DNA of 64,000 nt from Octopus bimaculoides (GCF_001194135.2 NC_068988.1:92097531-92161530); one strand, 5' to 3'; positions 1 through 13,885 are shown, numbered from the stretch's first letter. Made by a program: numbers and translations. The notes: generated from the sequence alone by a model not told the origin.

Positions 1-58
1 TGTATATATATATATATATGTGTGTATATATGTATATATATATATATATGTGTATATG

Positions 59-148
<90 letters not shown>

Positions 149-357
149 TTTCTCTGTGTGTGTGTGTATTCTGGCACTAGTTATATTATGGTTAAGATCA
201 TTTAAGAATATCACTAAGGTTATACAGAAAAGAGGAAAATGACGTGTGTTAATGGTCATGCCTTTCCCCGCATGAAATTAACACTTACGATGTGATATTG
301 AAAAAGCAAATATAAACCGCTCATGATACACACACACACACACATATNNNNNNNNNN

Positions 358-389
<32 letters not shown>

Positions 390-407
390 GTTGTTTCTCG
401 TACTTAC

Positions 408-492
408 ATAGTCGTGAAAAGCTTTTGCCTCACTAGAATGATCACACGTATCTCTCCTTTCTGGTGCTGCACAGTATAAATCCCAAAATACG
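408..492 (-). CDS. Ssdp: Ssdp/SSBP coding exon 4; gene continues beyond the window's left edge
   Basis: tttttttag|C GTA TTT TGG...GAC TAT|gtaagt encodes (C)[28 protein letters not shown]. 85 nt. The four exons total 276 nt = 92 codons, completing the LUFS domain. Confidence 0.98.
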
Positions 493-1399
493 CTAAAAAA
501 ATGTAATGAAAGAAAAAAGAAGCGTTGGAGTGAGTCAAGTTTTATTGAAGCTACCGCCATGTCTTGGGACATGGCGATATGTTATGGAAGAGAATAAACA
601 ACAAAACTGGAAACGAAAAGTAGCTTTAGAAATTATAAATATATTTATCCATTCTATTATAATGGCCACCACACGTGTGTGGAAAAATTAAAACTTTAAT
701 AATGATATAAATGGGATGCTGTAACGCTGATATATTTTAATTATAAGAATGTCTGTGAAGTGCGTTGAATCCATTAAAAACATATACTTCATACAGATTA
801 TTTTAGATATTTCTAATTTCCTTCCACGTCTTTTATTTTTTAGAGTAATAGAGAAAACGGGATCGAAGTGGAGAAATAAAAACCGTTTTATATATATATA
901 TATATATATATATNNNNNNNNNNNNNNNNNNNNNNNNNNNNNNNNNNNNNNNNNNNNNNNNNNNNNNNNNNNNNNNNNNNNNNNNNNNNNNNNNNNNNNN
1001 NNNNNNNNNNNNNNNNNNNNNNNNNNNNNNNNNNNNNNNNNNNNNNNNNNNNNNNNNNNNNNNNNNNNNNNNNNNNNNNNNNNNNNNNNNNNNNNNNNNN
1101 NNNNNNNNNNNNNNNNNNNNNNNNNNNNNNNNNNNNNNNNNNNNNNNNNNNNNNNNNNNNNNNNNNNNNNNNNNNNNNNNNNNNNNNNNNNNNNNNNNNN
1201 NNNNNNNNNNNNNNNNNNNNNNNNNNNNNNNNNNNNNNNNNNNNNNNNNNNNNNNNNNNNNNNNNNNNNNNNNNNNNNNNNNNNNNNNNNNNNNNNNNNN
1301 NNNNNNNNNNNNNNNNNNNNNNNNNNNNNNNNNNNNNNNNNNAAATCACCATTGTGATGTTTGTGTGTATATTACACACTTTTCAATGTCTTCTATTTG

Positions 1400-1449
<50 letters not shown>

Positions 1450-3779
1450 GCACGGTAAAGGTTTACTTCATCGTATAAAAACCATACAATAAATCTTCAT
1501 GGTAAAGTGGATATATCGTTTAGTAAAATATATTACTGTAACAATTAAATAAAGCCTATATGTAGTCTCTAATACATTAAATTATTGTGGGTATAACATT
1601 TACAGTTATAAAACATACCTGATTATTATACATACATGTGAGAATACTGAATAGCCATAAACAATAGTTGATGCAGTATTAATAAGACAGCTACGTTGAT
1701 ACATGCATGTTTATATATATGTATGTATATATATATATACACACAATCATGAATAAACATTGTATAAACATAGGCTGTTACAAGTAGGTACATTATACAT
1801 GTATAACAGTATACATTTTTATAAGCATTTTGTTATACATGTGCGAATACATCCATAAAATGTATACATATTTATATGCATGAACACACACTCATATACA
1901 TAAAGTAACTATATTATATTTGCAATAAAATTTTGGAAGACTTTAAACTATTTATTATACACATCGACACGATATATAACAAAATTATGTACACTGTATA
2001 ACAATGTATACTAGCATCCTATGTAACAAAAGTATCTTTAATACACACTGACAGGTTCGTCTTTTTAACATTAAACTATTTCATTACAATATATGCAAAT
2101 AACACCGTGTACATACATACGAACTCTAGTCTTTAATGTTTATTATTATATTCCATATATGTTACACATACACACATGACCATCACAATGGATTTTACAA
2201 CAATGTATACTAGCAAGCAGAACGTGTAATATAATAAACCATCATCTACACATACATACATTGTATTTTGTAGTGTAATAGACATCTACACAAACAGCAT
2301 GGAAACTTACATAGCAACTCAACACACAACTATAGGAAATGAACACAAGATGGAAAGGACAACCTAAAAGAACTGACAGAGAAATGTCTAAAGCTGTTTG
2401 TTGGTTTGTCCCAAGATCGAGCAGAGCTTATGACCAAAGGCGTTCTAGTCATGACTGTCCCGTTCTCTTATACAATCTAGAAAACATTGCCCAAGGTGCG
2501 TCCTTTTTAATAAGAGAGGTGTAATTTGTGGGAAGATCTTGCTATTATTTCTAACAAGTCCAGCGACCACATTAGAGGTACCTTCGGTGGCTCGTGGAGA
2601 GAGGCTGTAGTAGAGTCGATTTGCACAGCATATAAGAGAAAACAAGAGAAGTGAATACAGAAAGAGAGAATAGAGGAAGAAAGGTGAAACACTGGAAGTG
2701 AAGAGAACAGCAATATGGCGGCAGGTGGGGAAGAAATATAAAGACAAGTGATGTATATAATAAACAAGAGAAAATGGTCACATCGTGGAAGGTTAGTGGC
2801 TAGCATATAATGGACATTTTAGCGAGACAAAAAACAAGCCAGAAGCTTGTCGGTGGCTAACAGAGTAGATATGAAGAATTGAGGTCAGAGGTTGTAAGAT
2901 ATTTTGGCAACGAGAAAAGCTTTGTTAATCAGGGTTTGATTAAGTTCGGAGATTAAGCTTTTATTGATAATCGCTGGGATTTTAGTAGAGACGGGAGAGA
3001 GGTCATTTCTGGCCGTTAATTGTATAGGTTTGATATTGGATGTTTTGAGATTTTATGAATGATTTATAAAAATTTAAGCATTGTTGTTTGGCAGACAATG
3101 GGATAGTAGAGAATGGGGGTAGGGACAGGAAGCGAGATAGAGGGAGGAATAGGAGAGTGAGGACGGATAATAACAAGGATTAAGGGGGAAGTAAACAAGA
3201 GACAACTTTATAGAGGGAGGAGGATGAAGGAAGGGGGAGTAGTAAGAGTGAATGATGGATGGACAAAAAAAAAAAAAAAAGTTTGGTTAAACAGTAAACT
3301 TCCACAAACTATGCAGACACACACATACATACATTTACACACACACACATTATATATATAATGCATGTGTATATATATACACGTGTTTGTGAGATGCTGG
3401 GAGAAAAGAAAGTGTAGGGTGGCAGTGTGGATAAAGAGCACTACAGAGCTAACTGGAACCCCCACCATTCACCACATGAAACAGAATAAGGCAATAGTAG
3501 TAATGTTAATTAGAGGATCACACATATATTGCAACGAAGGAACATGGGGTAGGATGAACACAAAACTACGAGAATGTATATAAATATATATACACATGTA
3601 CACTGCCACATGCTACTTGCTCTCCACAAACATCAGACCAGATACAGCGTAGAGGCTTCCATGCAGGCTAGTATATACCATACATTCACAACAGACAAGA
3701 CATTACCTCAGTATACACACACACACACACGATATACATGTGTTACATCACACATACCTCTACACTGAGATTACAACAC

Positions 3780-4140
3780 AGATCCATATATGGAGTAACA
3801 AGCTGTGGGGTAACATCTTGTAGCCAGATCACATTGTCCAACAGACCTACATCATGGGATACAACACAGACCAACAACTTGGAGGAACATCACACATACC
3901 CACGCCATGAAGTAACATCAAAAGTCCACCCCATGGAGTAACATCACAGATCCACACCATGAAGTAACATAATAGACCCACCTCCTGTAGTTACATCACA
4001 CAGATCCAAACCGTAAGATTGCAACAAAGACCAACAGCCTATGTTTCCACCACACAGACACAGTGTTTACATCATACAAACCTACATTCTGGAGTTCAAT
4101 ACAGACCTGCACCCAGGGAATTACATCACTGATGTACCCA
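3780..4140. repeat. Degenerate minisatellite, unit about 28-30 nt
   Basis: Recurring acagacccacaccatggagtaacatcac-like units. Confidence 0.6.
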
Positions 4141-5200
4141 GGGAAGCTCCATTATGTAGAGCAAGGGTTAAATATCCACACCCTACACTCTCTAGACTCT
4201 AAAAGCACAAGGTTTACACAAACAAACTAGGGCCTACATATCTAATGGATAAGTATTTATGGTGACACATCAGGCACACTCCACACTAGATATTACATGT
4301 CAAAGTCACACATTGTACCAGACACACCAAGTCACCAAATACCTAGGTCACTGCCACAGCAGTTGACACAAGAGAGTCACTACATTATCCAGTCACACTC
4401 CACTAGTCACAAACATCTTCAGTACAAGTACATATTTCTCTAATACACAACACTTGAGTGGAGACGGGTGGTATTGGAAGGTAATGCAGGAAGTTGGTGG
4501 TTGCTGCTATTTAGACATGGACAAAATTATGATCAAGAGTATTCAAACCATGACCATAGACAGAGTTGAATATTAGACATTATACAATACTTTTCTTTTT
4601 CTTTTAAAAGACGATGCATGATTCTAGAGAGATTTGGCTACAATTTCTAGCAAGTTAAAGCTCCTCCATAGGGTTAATGTTGATGTTTAATCCAGAGACA
4701 ATTCTGATAAAGCAGGCAGACCTAAGATCAAAAGGCATAGTAGTCATATCAACATTCCATTGTGTTTTTCTTTACTTAACTGTAGGAATACACTACCTTG
4801 CATGTTCCCTTTCTAAAATGCTAAGATATGTAATTTGAAAGAAGATTTGTTTTTCATTTCTCGATTTGAGTGCTTATATCAGGATTCTCTCTCTGAATTA
4901 ATGTTGGTGGAATGTGAGAGATAGAGGTGACAGTGATCCTGTGATGTAAAGATGGAGGGTTAGTGATGAAGGAGGTTGATTAATGTGAGACTTAAAGAAG
5001 GGCAGAATGGGATGGATAACAGATAGTGAAGGAAATCAGAATAGTTTACGTTGAAGCCACAGTAATGAGGTATATCTAATCTCTACACACCACACACAAC
5101 CATTAGAGACATTATACAAATTTATCATTTCGTATACACACATTATCATATATTATAAACAGGTACCAGATAAATTGTGTACAGAAAATACATATACATA

Positions 5201-5252
<52 letters not shown>

Positions 5253-5773
5253 GAAAACACCCCACAATGCAATACATAATTCCAACATGTGCATGCAGTG
5301 ATACATAAACACTACTCTACACAATATGAGACTTAACATAACCCATGCACACACATAAAGCACTGCTCTCCACAAATATATACACTCTATACACAGTGAC
5401 AAGAGTTTGATGTATAATACATACACATTAAGACCAAGATTGTAAAAATATATACACACACACAACAGTGATCAGATATGCAATATGTATATCATACATA
5501 CATTCATTTTATATGCATACATGTATAGAGTATACATGCATGCACACAACAATCATGCTAAATATTAAACACAATAAAACATACACACTGATCCGAGTAG
5601 CTATAGATTCCATACATATATATTTTACCAACTCAGAGATTCTACACAGTAATCACGGTTTACAATATACATGCACACACTAAAGACAACCGCTACACAA
5701 ATTAAGATTTACAATATATAACAAATATACATATACACACAATAAAATTGGTTATATACATATATACACTTAC

Positions 5774-5835
5774 CACCACCATGAATGTAAAAATCCCGGA
5801 GGTTCACCTAATGTAATATTTTTTTCCCATCGAAT
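5774..5835 (-). CDS. Ssdp: Ssdp/SSBP coding exon 3
   Basis: tctgtttcag|ATT CGA TGG...TGG TGG TG|gtaagt encodes [20 protein letters not shown](C). 62 nt. Confidence 0.98.
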
Positions 5836-7599
5836 CTGAAACAGAAATTGGTAGAATGAGTTACAAGGCAGAGATTGTGTGATGTTGTGGCCTGCATGCC
5901 TTTACCACAGGACAGACAGTCCAACTTTGACAGGGAAGTATGTACAATTGAGGAAAGCAACTACAATGTTTCACTGGTACTTATTTATTAACACCGCTTA
6001 TCAGATTAAAATAGGAAATAGTAGGCTGTGAGATTTCATCTAAGTGGTTTTCAACCATTTTCTATGATTACTGTTCTATTCCTATTTTGTTTTTCAAATT
6101 TAGAGGTCTCTTGCAATAAATACATTTAAAGCAAAAATTTTTCATGCACCCTTAATATACTACTGTGAGTCTCTAATTTACTACTCTAGTTGCATGGACC
6201 CTAAAAATCTTACATGGCCTCTGGTTGAGGACCATTGATCTAGCTAGCTCTCGTAGTTATTTTCACTAACTCTTATTCACCAATTTCTATTTTGGAGTCA
6301 ATTCCAAGCAGGGATTGATTTACATATTTCAAACCCCGATTAACCCTTTTGTTACCATTTTTATTGAAATAAGATGCCTTTGCTTCAATTAATTTTGAAA
6401 ATAAGGAAGAATTTAGTAAAACAACTTGTCATTAATTAAGCTGGTGATCAGAACAAAAGTAAACTTGAAATTTTGATGAAAAGTTTTAATTTAGATCACT
6501 GATGAAAAAAAAGTTTAATCATCATTTTGGTGTCCACGTTTCCAAGCTTGCATAGATCACACAGAATCCACTGGGGCATATTTTCCATGGCCGAATGCAC
6601 TTACAGGTCGCTTTCACCTGTTTCCAAGCAAGGTAATATTTCCCCATGGCTGGACATGTTCTCATGGCAGATTGGAAACAAAGGATGAAGGACACTGCTT
6701 GTGTGACAGTGACACTCGTTTACAGCCTTTGAGCCATGCCAACAAAGAAATACAAGCACACAACAACATACACACATGTATATAAAACAGATTTCTCTCA
6801 AGATCCATCTACCAAATTCACTTACAAGACTTTAGCTGGCCCAAGACTACAGTAGAAAACACTTGCCAAAAGGTGCTATTCAATGGAACCATTTAGTCAT
6901 GTCTGTACTTATGTTATAAAAGAAAAAAAATGCACCAATATTTTTGTCACCAATCCATGACAATATGGACCCTACAACTAGACAGAAGATATGTATTATT
7001 AACAGCATTTAGGAATGTAACCAAAAGACAAAACAGGAATCACAACTGGTGAGAGTGGTTATAGACTTTAATATGACTTTCCCCAAATGTAAAGAATATT
7101 TAAAAAACACAAATTAAAAAGGCAGTTTCAAAGTCACTATGATGATATTTAATGACTGTTAGTAACGGAGTTGGTGTTCAACTGCAGGTTGGCTCTGACT
7201 GAGCAACTTATGTTTAAAAGCATTCCAGTCATGATCATCCTGTCTTCTAATCAGATGTAAGTGTATCTAGGACAACATTATCTAATGTGCCCTGCCTTAA
7301 ATATGGCAGGTTGGTAGACATCATTGCCTGGTTTAACACGGGTCATCTAGCCCTTAGCTGCCTTTATTAGGGTCCACTGTGTTGCACTCATTCAGGGTCA
7401 GGTTTCCAGTATGAGGATGACTTCTTTTCAACAGTAACGAAGGGCCCCTAACAAGGGTCATGGGCACTTCTCTTCCTTCTCTAAGCTCTTAACAAACAAG
7501 AAAAGAAAAACAAAAGAAAACATGGCTGCTATTTCTAGCGAGCTGAATGACTATAAATGTTTTTGTGTTGGCAGTGATGGAGGTGATTCAGAAACTACC

Positions 7600-8640
7600 A
7601 ACTGGAGCATGGTTACCAGGTGATAACTAAGCAATAACCAGTAGAAACTAGATGATGACCATGTGGTAAAGTACTGACCACAATATGTAAAGGACTGAGT
7701 GAAGACCCAGTTGTAAAGTTAAAGATCAAGATTAGATGACCAAGTGAGAAAAGAGTAAGTGGTGACAATGGTAGAGACCCTGGGTAGATGACTGGGTGAG
7801 AACCAATTAGTAAAGACACAAGAGACAATGAACGGAGACCAAGTGAGGTTCAAGTAATGAAAACAGTAGAGACCATATGCAAAAACAGTAGAGACCATGT
7901 GTAGATAATAAAGGAAGTAGAAACCAAGTGAGAACCAATGGTGCAAAGAATAATCTTTCATGTAGCTAACAAGAAAGGAACCATGTAATAAAGAAAAGAT
8001 AGAGACTTTGGGTAGATGACCTCGAAAAAACCATGTGGTAACACAGGTTGCTGTTTGGTTCTAGTTCAACACTAACCAAGCAGTCTTATGATCAAAGCAC
8101 AACTAATCCATGTTATATATAAAACTAATCTGTTAATGCCATATAAGACAGAAGAGTGTGATTTGAAGACCTGGCTGCTAATTCTAACGGGATTGAGTGG
8201 CTATATGGTGACTTATTGACTGGCTCATGGCGAAGAAAGTAGATCTATGGTTAGATCACCAGAACCATGTTGTAAGAAGGCACAGATTACGGGTAGATAA
8301 CCAGATAGGAACCATGTTATAGAGACCACGGGCAGATGACCAAAAGACTATGGTAAAACGGCCAAAGACCAGGGAGATTATGGGGCAGTTACCAAAGTGA
8401 ACCAGGAGAGACCATGTGGTAAAACAGAGATCATAGTTATATGAGCAACCGACGACCAAGTTGCACACATGGATACCGTGAGCAGATGACCAGCTGAGGA
8501 TCATTCTGTAAAAAGAGACTGGATGGGAAAAGTAAGCAGCCGAGGACTGTGTGCTAAACATGGGGACCAGAGATTGATGAGCAGCCAAGTGTCGCGTAGT
8601 AAAATATGACAGAGGGCATAGGCAGATGACCCAGCGAGAA
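7600..8640. repeat. Degenerate minisatellite, unit about 21-24 nt
   Basis: Recurring gtagatgaccagtagagaccatgtg-like units over about 1 kb, with a unique interruption near 8050-8240. Confidence 0.65.
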
Positions 8641-8682
8641 ACAAATGTAAGGGTGCGTGCCATAAATATAATTTATACTTAC

Positions 8683-8755
8683 TTCTGATAAAAACGTCTG
8701 TGCACTTTTCTGAGCTCCAACATGTAGTAAATATTCATAGACATATAATGCTAAC
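8683..8755 (-). CDS. Ssdp: Ssdp/SSBP coding exon 2 (LisH motif)
   Basis: tttttgcaatttcag|G TTA GCA...TCA GAA|gtaagt encodes (K)[24 protein letters not shown]. 73 nt, phase compatible with exon 1. Confidence 0.98.
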
Positions 8756-8995
8756 CTGAAATTGCAAAAAGTGGTTTATATTTATACTGGTTAAATCAAA
8801 CATGAAAACATTAATCTGCTGGAAAAATAAAGTGGTAGATGTTTGCATGTGTATATAGGTATATACATATATACATACAAAGTTTTGGAGGAAGGGGTGT
8901 ATACGAAGTGTATATACACAGAAACAACTAGGCAAGAATATACAGACACATCTATAGATGTATACAAGTGTTTATTTTCTTGACAGAATACATGC

Positions 8996-9032
<37 letters not shown>

Positions 9033-10371
9033 TGTATAATACATATACACATACGTATACATGTACATGCATATACATAAACACACGTGCACACATGTAC
9101 ATACACATATATACACATATACACACATATGCATATGCACACACAGAAATATTTTATTGAGAACACAAGCATACTATGGTAGTGGTGGTAGTAGTAGTAG
9201 TAGTAGTAGTAATTAAGAGCAATGAATGATGGTGTTTGCCACATGTTTATAGCTGAAGTATTTCAAATGTTAAATGCTAAGACATGTTTGGACAGTTGTG
9301 GTAGGGGCTAACATCTTATGGGGTGGTTTATGAAAGGGACATGAGGGTAATGTTACTGCTGAGGGAAGGGGAGAAAAACTGGACGGTACTTCTTTAGGAA
9401 GAGGATAACGTTTGAAGATTAATAACAGACGATGTTTAGTCCCAGGTCAGATCTGATGAAGCAGACCTAGGCGTTCCACTCGTAACTACCCTGTGTATTA
9501 AGACAGTATACCTAAACTACACTTTCCGATGTTCTTCGTTAAAAAAAAATAGACTAGCTTGTGATTTGAAGATTTTTACTAGTATTTCTAGCATCTAGAA
9601 TGACCAGGCAGAGGCCATATAGGGCAACAACGTAAAACAAAGAGGTGAATAGGAAGAAATAAAAATGGGTCACAATTAAGAGGAATAATGATTATAATAC
9701 GGTTGGGCACGAATAAAGGAAAAGGATAGGAAATATAGCGAGGGCTAACAAGCAAGGAAAAGAATGTAATACATATGAAAACGAGGGAAGTTAATCAGAG
9801 ATGTTTAACAGAAGTGGGATAACAAGATTAGTACAAACTTTAATGCAAAAAAAAGCTAAAGGTGCAACTGGGCACACTTTTAACCAGCAAGGTAGGTGGT
9901 GTACAATAAGGTTTTAAACGTAACAAATAAATATAAGGGGTAAAAGAAGACACAGTAACAAGGAGAACGGAGTAGAAAATTAAGAAGAGATTTAACACAT
10001 GCTGGGTAGGGATAACAATATAATTAAACGTGGAGGTAGAGAGGATACAAATATGAAGAAAAGGCGGGGTAACAATAATAGAATGTTAAAGAAAGGGATA
10101 ACACTGGGTTGGTTGGCTTTACTTATATTTATTGCATCTTAGAAATGGAAAATAGAGAAAGAGAAATAGACAGACATCGAAAAGTGCTAAATAATAAAGT
10201 AGTGCAACAATAAAGACAGGAGAAATAACAACAAAGCCAGCAGCAGTAGCAGCAACAACAAGATGTGGAGGAGGAAGAGGAGAGAGACTCAGTAAAATTT
10301 TGGGAGGGAAATAGAAATTTCAGATATTAGTCAGTGTTTTAGTGTCTGTCTGTGTGTCCTAGTAATGGTCA

Positions 10372-10432
<61 letters not shown>

Positions 10433-13400
10433 TACAAACGTGTAGAGTGGTCAGACTATCTAATTGAAGTTTGTGTGCGTATTTAACGTGGTGGTGCAAG
10501 TATATCGAGACTGTGTATGTGGTGTTAGTGAGGTTGTGTATATGTGTTGAGGGATGAGACAGAGTGTGTATGTTGTGGTTTAACTTCCAGGTCAACCCTG
10601 GGCGAGCAGGCCTATGATCAAACGCATTCCGGCCATGACAATCCCACATTTTGAGAGTAAGCACATTGTCTATATCCCTTTCCTGTACATCAGCAGATTG
10701 CGGCTGAAGGGGTGTTCTGTTACTATTTCTAGGACGTTTCAGTAACCATGAAGATCCTCCTGTTGGCAGAGAGAGGATGTGAGAGGCAGATGTCGTTAGC
10801 CTCAGGTCAGCTCGATCAAGCAAATCTATTGATTAAAGGCATTCCCGTCGTAACTAACCCATCTTTTTCGTAAATGCAGGGAACCCAAGTGTCCACATTT
10901 TTAAGAAATTAGGAGAATACGACAATTTTTTTATTATTTCTAGCAGGTCGAGTAACACAAAAATCATCAGTGTGTACATGGTGCACTGAAGCTGTATATA
11001 TGTGCATATATATGTGTGTGTATGTATTTGACGTATTGAGGTTATGTGAATATGAACTGAAAACTGTATGTATGTATATATATATATATATATATATATA
11101 GGATCGTTTGTAAAAAACATAAATCCGAAAGAAGCACACACTACTAAGATGCAGTATATATCAAAAATGGGGAAGGCCGGTTTATGGGATTACTTAAGTT
11201 TCCCGTCCATTAAGGGTTTAGCAGTATATGCTGTGTGAGTACAAGTTGTAATGAAGCTGTGTATATGAGGAGTAATGAAGGTTTGTATACATGGTATAGT
11301 GAGGCTGTGTGTACGTACGTGAAATGATGAGGTCGTGTGGTGTATGTGATAGTGTGATGCTATGTGTAAACGATGAAGTGAGTCTGTGCTTTATATATGT
11401 GTATATACATGGCATAGTGTGTACGTGTGAATATATGGTACTTAGTGAGGCTACGTGAGTACGTGACACGATGGGATTCAAAGTGGTAGTGTGGTTCTGT
11501 TGTTTAAATCTGTGGTTGTATGTTGTGACTTGGTCCTAAGTTAGCTATGATTGAGCAAACCTATAATCACAGGCATTCCAGTCGCGACCATCCTCTTCGT
11601 TTAGGGATATCTACGATTACTTTATTTAATGTGTTCTTTTCTTTATTTAAGTCATTCTGATGGGCGTTTGACTGCTATTACTAAACAGGTCAAGTTGTAC
11701 CAGATAGTCTCTAGTTGGCTCGTAATTGCTGTACATACATTGAAGTGATTTGCCTGTTGTGTATATTTCAGGGAGCAGGAATTCTCGATGGCATTTGGCT
11801 GCTATTTCTAACAAGACGAGCTACAGAGTATCGGTTTCCTCACTGACCCGTCCAATGTGTATACATAGGCAACGTTGTTTAACACTAGGTTAACGATGAT
11901 CGAGTAAAACCAATGATCAAAAAGTACTCCAGTCGCAACCATGTATCCTTTTGGAAATAAGGGATACACACTTCCCAATGCATACCTTATTCTAGCATGG
12001 CAGAATGTGGCTGAGGCGTTTGCTTGTGTGATGTTTGTATCGTGCTGTTTAGCCCCAGGTAAACATGTAATGAGGAGACCAATGGTCAGAAAACCATTTC
12101 AGTCACAACCAACTCCATCTTTTTTTTTTTTTTTCTTCAGACATAAATATACCTTGGACAACATTATTCAATGCCTGTTTTTTTTATTAATTTTTAACGC
12201 AGTGGGGGAATAAATTGAAGTTGGTTTCTCATGGCTAATTCTGGCAAGTCGAGCCACCATACAATCTCCGGCTTACAGCGAAGCTATGTTTGTTATATGT
12301 ATGTAGTGTTGTGAAGCCGGCTGTATGTATGTGTTTATACATGTGGTGTTATGAGACCGGTTGTAATGTATGTACATGCAATGTGACTGAAAGTGTGTAC
12401 ATGTGTGCGTATCGAGAAGTTTTATTTGTGTTGACCGTAAAGGACCGCTTCTTTTATAATTTTATTGTTGGGTGCCGCCACTAACAAGAACAGCCAGGGT
12501 TTCCCCGCACCCTGCAATTGCTAAGCAGCCGTTTGTTACCCCTTCTCTGGACATACTCAAACATCTATCAATAAATAATCCCTTCAAATACTGACCCTCC
12601 AAACTGCAGCACTTTATTTAGTTAATCAACATGCAATTAACTTGATTACAACCACCATGGCCCTGTTTAAAAAACGCACACCTTTATACATAGGGCATTC
12701 ATTCATAGCGGAATAAGAATACCACTAAACCAACATATATCATCCTAAGTTTAATGAACAACGCAGTATATTACTGGTACTTAACTTCGCTAACATACAC
12801 ACGTAGACATAAAAGATTAAAAGTGAAGTTTCAAACCACAGCAGTGAATTCAGCAATAAAAAAACTCGTTTGGGTCTTTTCCACTAAAGCTATAGGCTTG
12901 GTGGTTGGTCTGCTTTCTATTACATACAGGAACAAGAGATTTATATGGGATGGACAGATACAATGTTGTAGTGTCGATGTGTTTCTTTAGAGTTAATAAT
13001 ATCTATCATATGAAGTGAAACTGAACCGACAATCTCGGCTTAATTTCATTTAATATTAATGCAGTAAAATTATTTGTTTTGATTAGACCCAAGGAACAGA
13101 GAGAATAGAATCAATTCTGGTATGTAATTAGTACTAACTTTATGGATATGAAATAGGAATAAGAATGGTAGATGGTTAGAAAGTGTAAATAGGGTTAGAT
13201 AGGGGCCCCTGGAATCCTGAAAGAAAAGCTCAGGATTCGGTGTTGTATGTAAAGTAACTAAAGACCCGAGTTGTAAATTAATGAATGAGGGGGAAGAATG
13301 GGTAGTAAATAAACAAATAAAGAAGTTAAGATCGTCAGGTGGTTCATTTTAGAAAGGTGAGGGAGGTTTAATTAAAACAAAACCCTTGGCTACATGTGTG

Positions 13401-13728
13401 TTTTTGTCTATTTACCCTAATAGCCGAGATCCTACCTAGCTCCACAAACCTGCGAAACGAAGAGCTTCGGTCCGGGAGGATACATATAAACAAACGTGCT
13501 ACATACAGACATGTCGAATACCAACAACAATAACCATCATAACAATAACAACAGCAAGTGGAACAAGAAATTAAAGACATCGAAACATGGAGCGAAGACA
13601 TGAGAGAGGAAGGAGGGAGGGAGGTCGAAAGAGATCGAGGAATGAGAGAGAGTGAGTGAGTGAGAGAGAGAGAGGTATGATGATGATAATAATAATAGTG
13701 GTGGCGGTGTGGTTGTAGTAGTACTTAC

Positions 13729-13784
13729 TTTTCCCTAGCTTGAGCATCAGACGGCACTGTAGAGCCTTTCCCTTTGGCGTACAT
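13729..13784 (-). CDS. Ssdp: Single-stranded DNA-binding protein (Ssdp/SSBP2-3-4 orthologue), coding exon 1
   Basis: Minus strand ATG at 13784 reads MYAKGKGSTVPSDAQARE+AA, then donor GTAAGT at 13728. Matches the SSBP3 N-terminus (MFAKGKGSAVPSDGQAREK). 56 nt, phase 2. Confidence 0.97.
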
Positions 13785-13885
13785 GCTTGTAGCTGAAGTG
13801 TCACGGCACCTGTCAAGCCATCAAGGACGACACTGACCCCGTTGCCTTGCCAACGTCAAGGAGAGCTGTCAAAAGGCAAGTTACG

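Larger units (their letters stand above)
2400..12260 (+). repeat. Cluster of about 9 diverged copies of a ~200-bp interspersed repeat in Ssdp introns (range given, not one element)
   Basis: The shared 3' motif gatttggctgctatttctagcaggtcgagcgacc recurs in degenerate form at about 2541, 4631, 7523, 8172, 9571, 10933, 11667, 11793 and 12231. The 5' motif ctgatcgagcagacctatgatcaaaggcattccag occurs near 2415, 4710, 7200, 8075, 9475, 10605, 10812, 11550 and 11898. Confidence 0.7.

Noticed and set aside
3780-8640. Regularly spaced repeats as a CRISPR-like array
   Set aside because: Eukaryotic context, degenerate units without unique spacers, and no cas genes; these are minisatellites.
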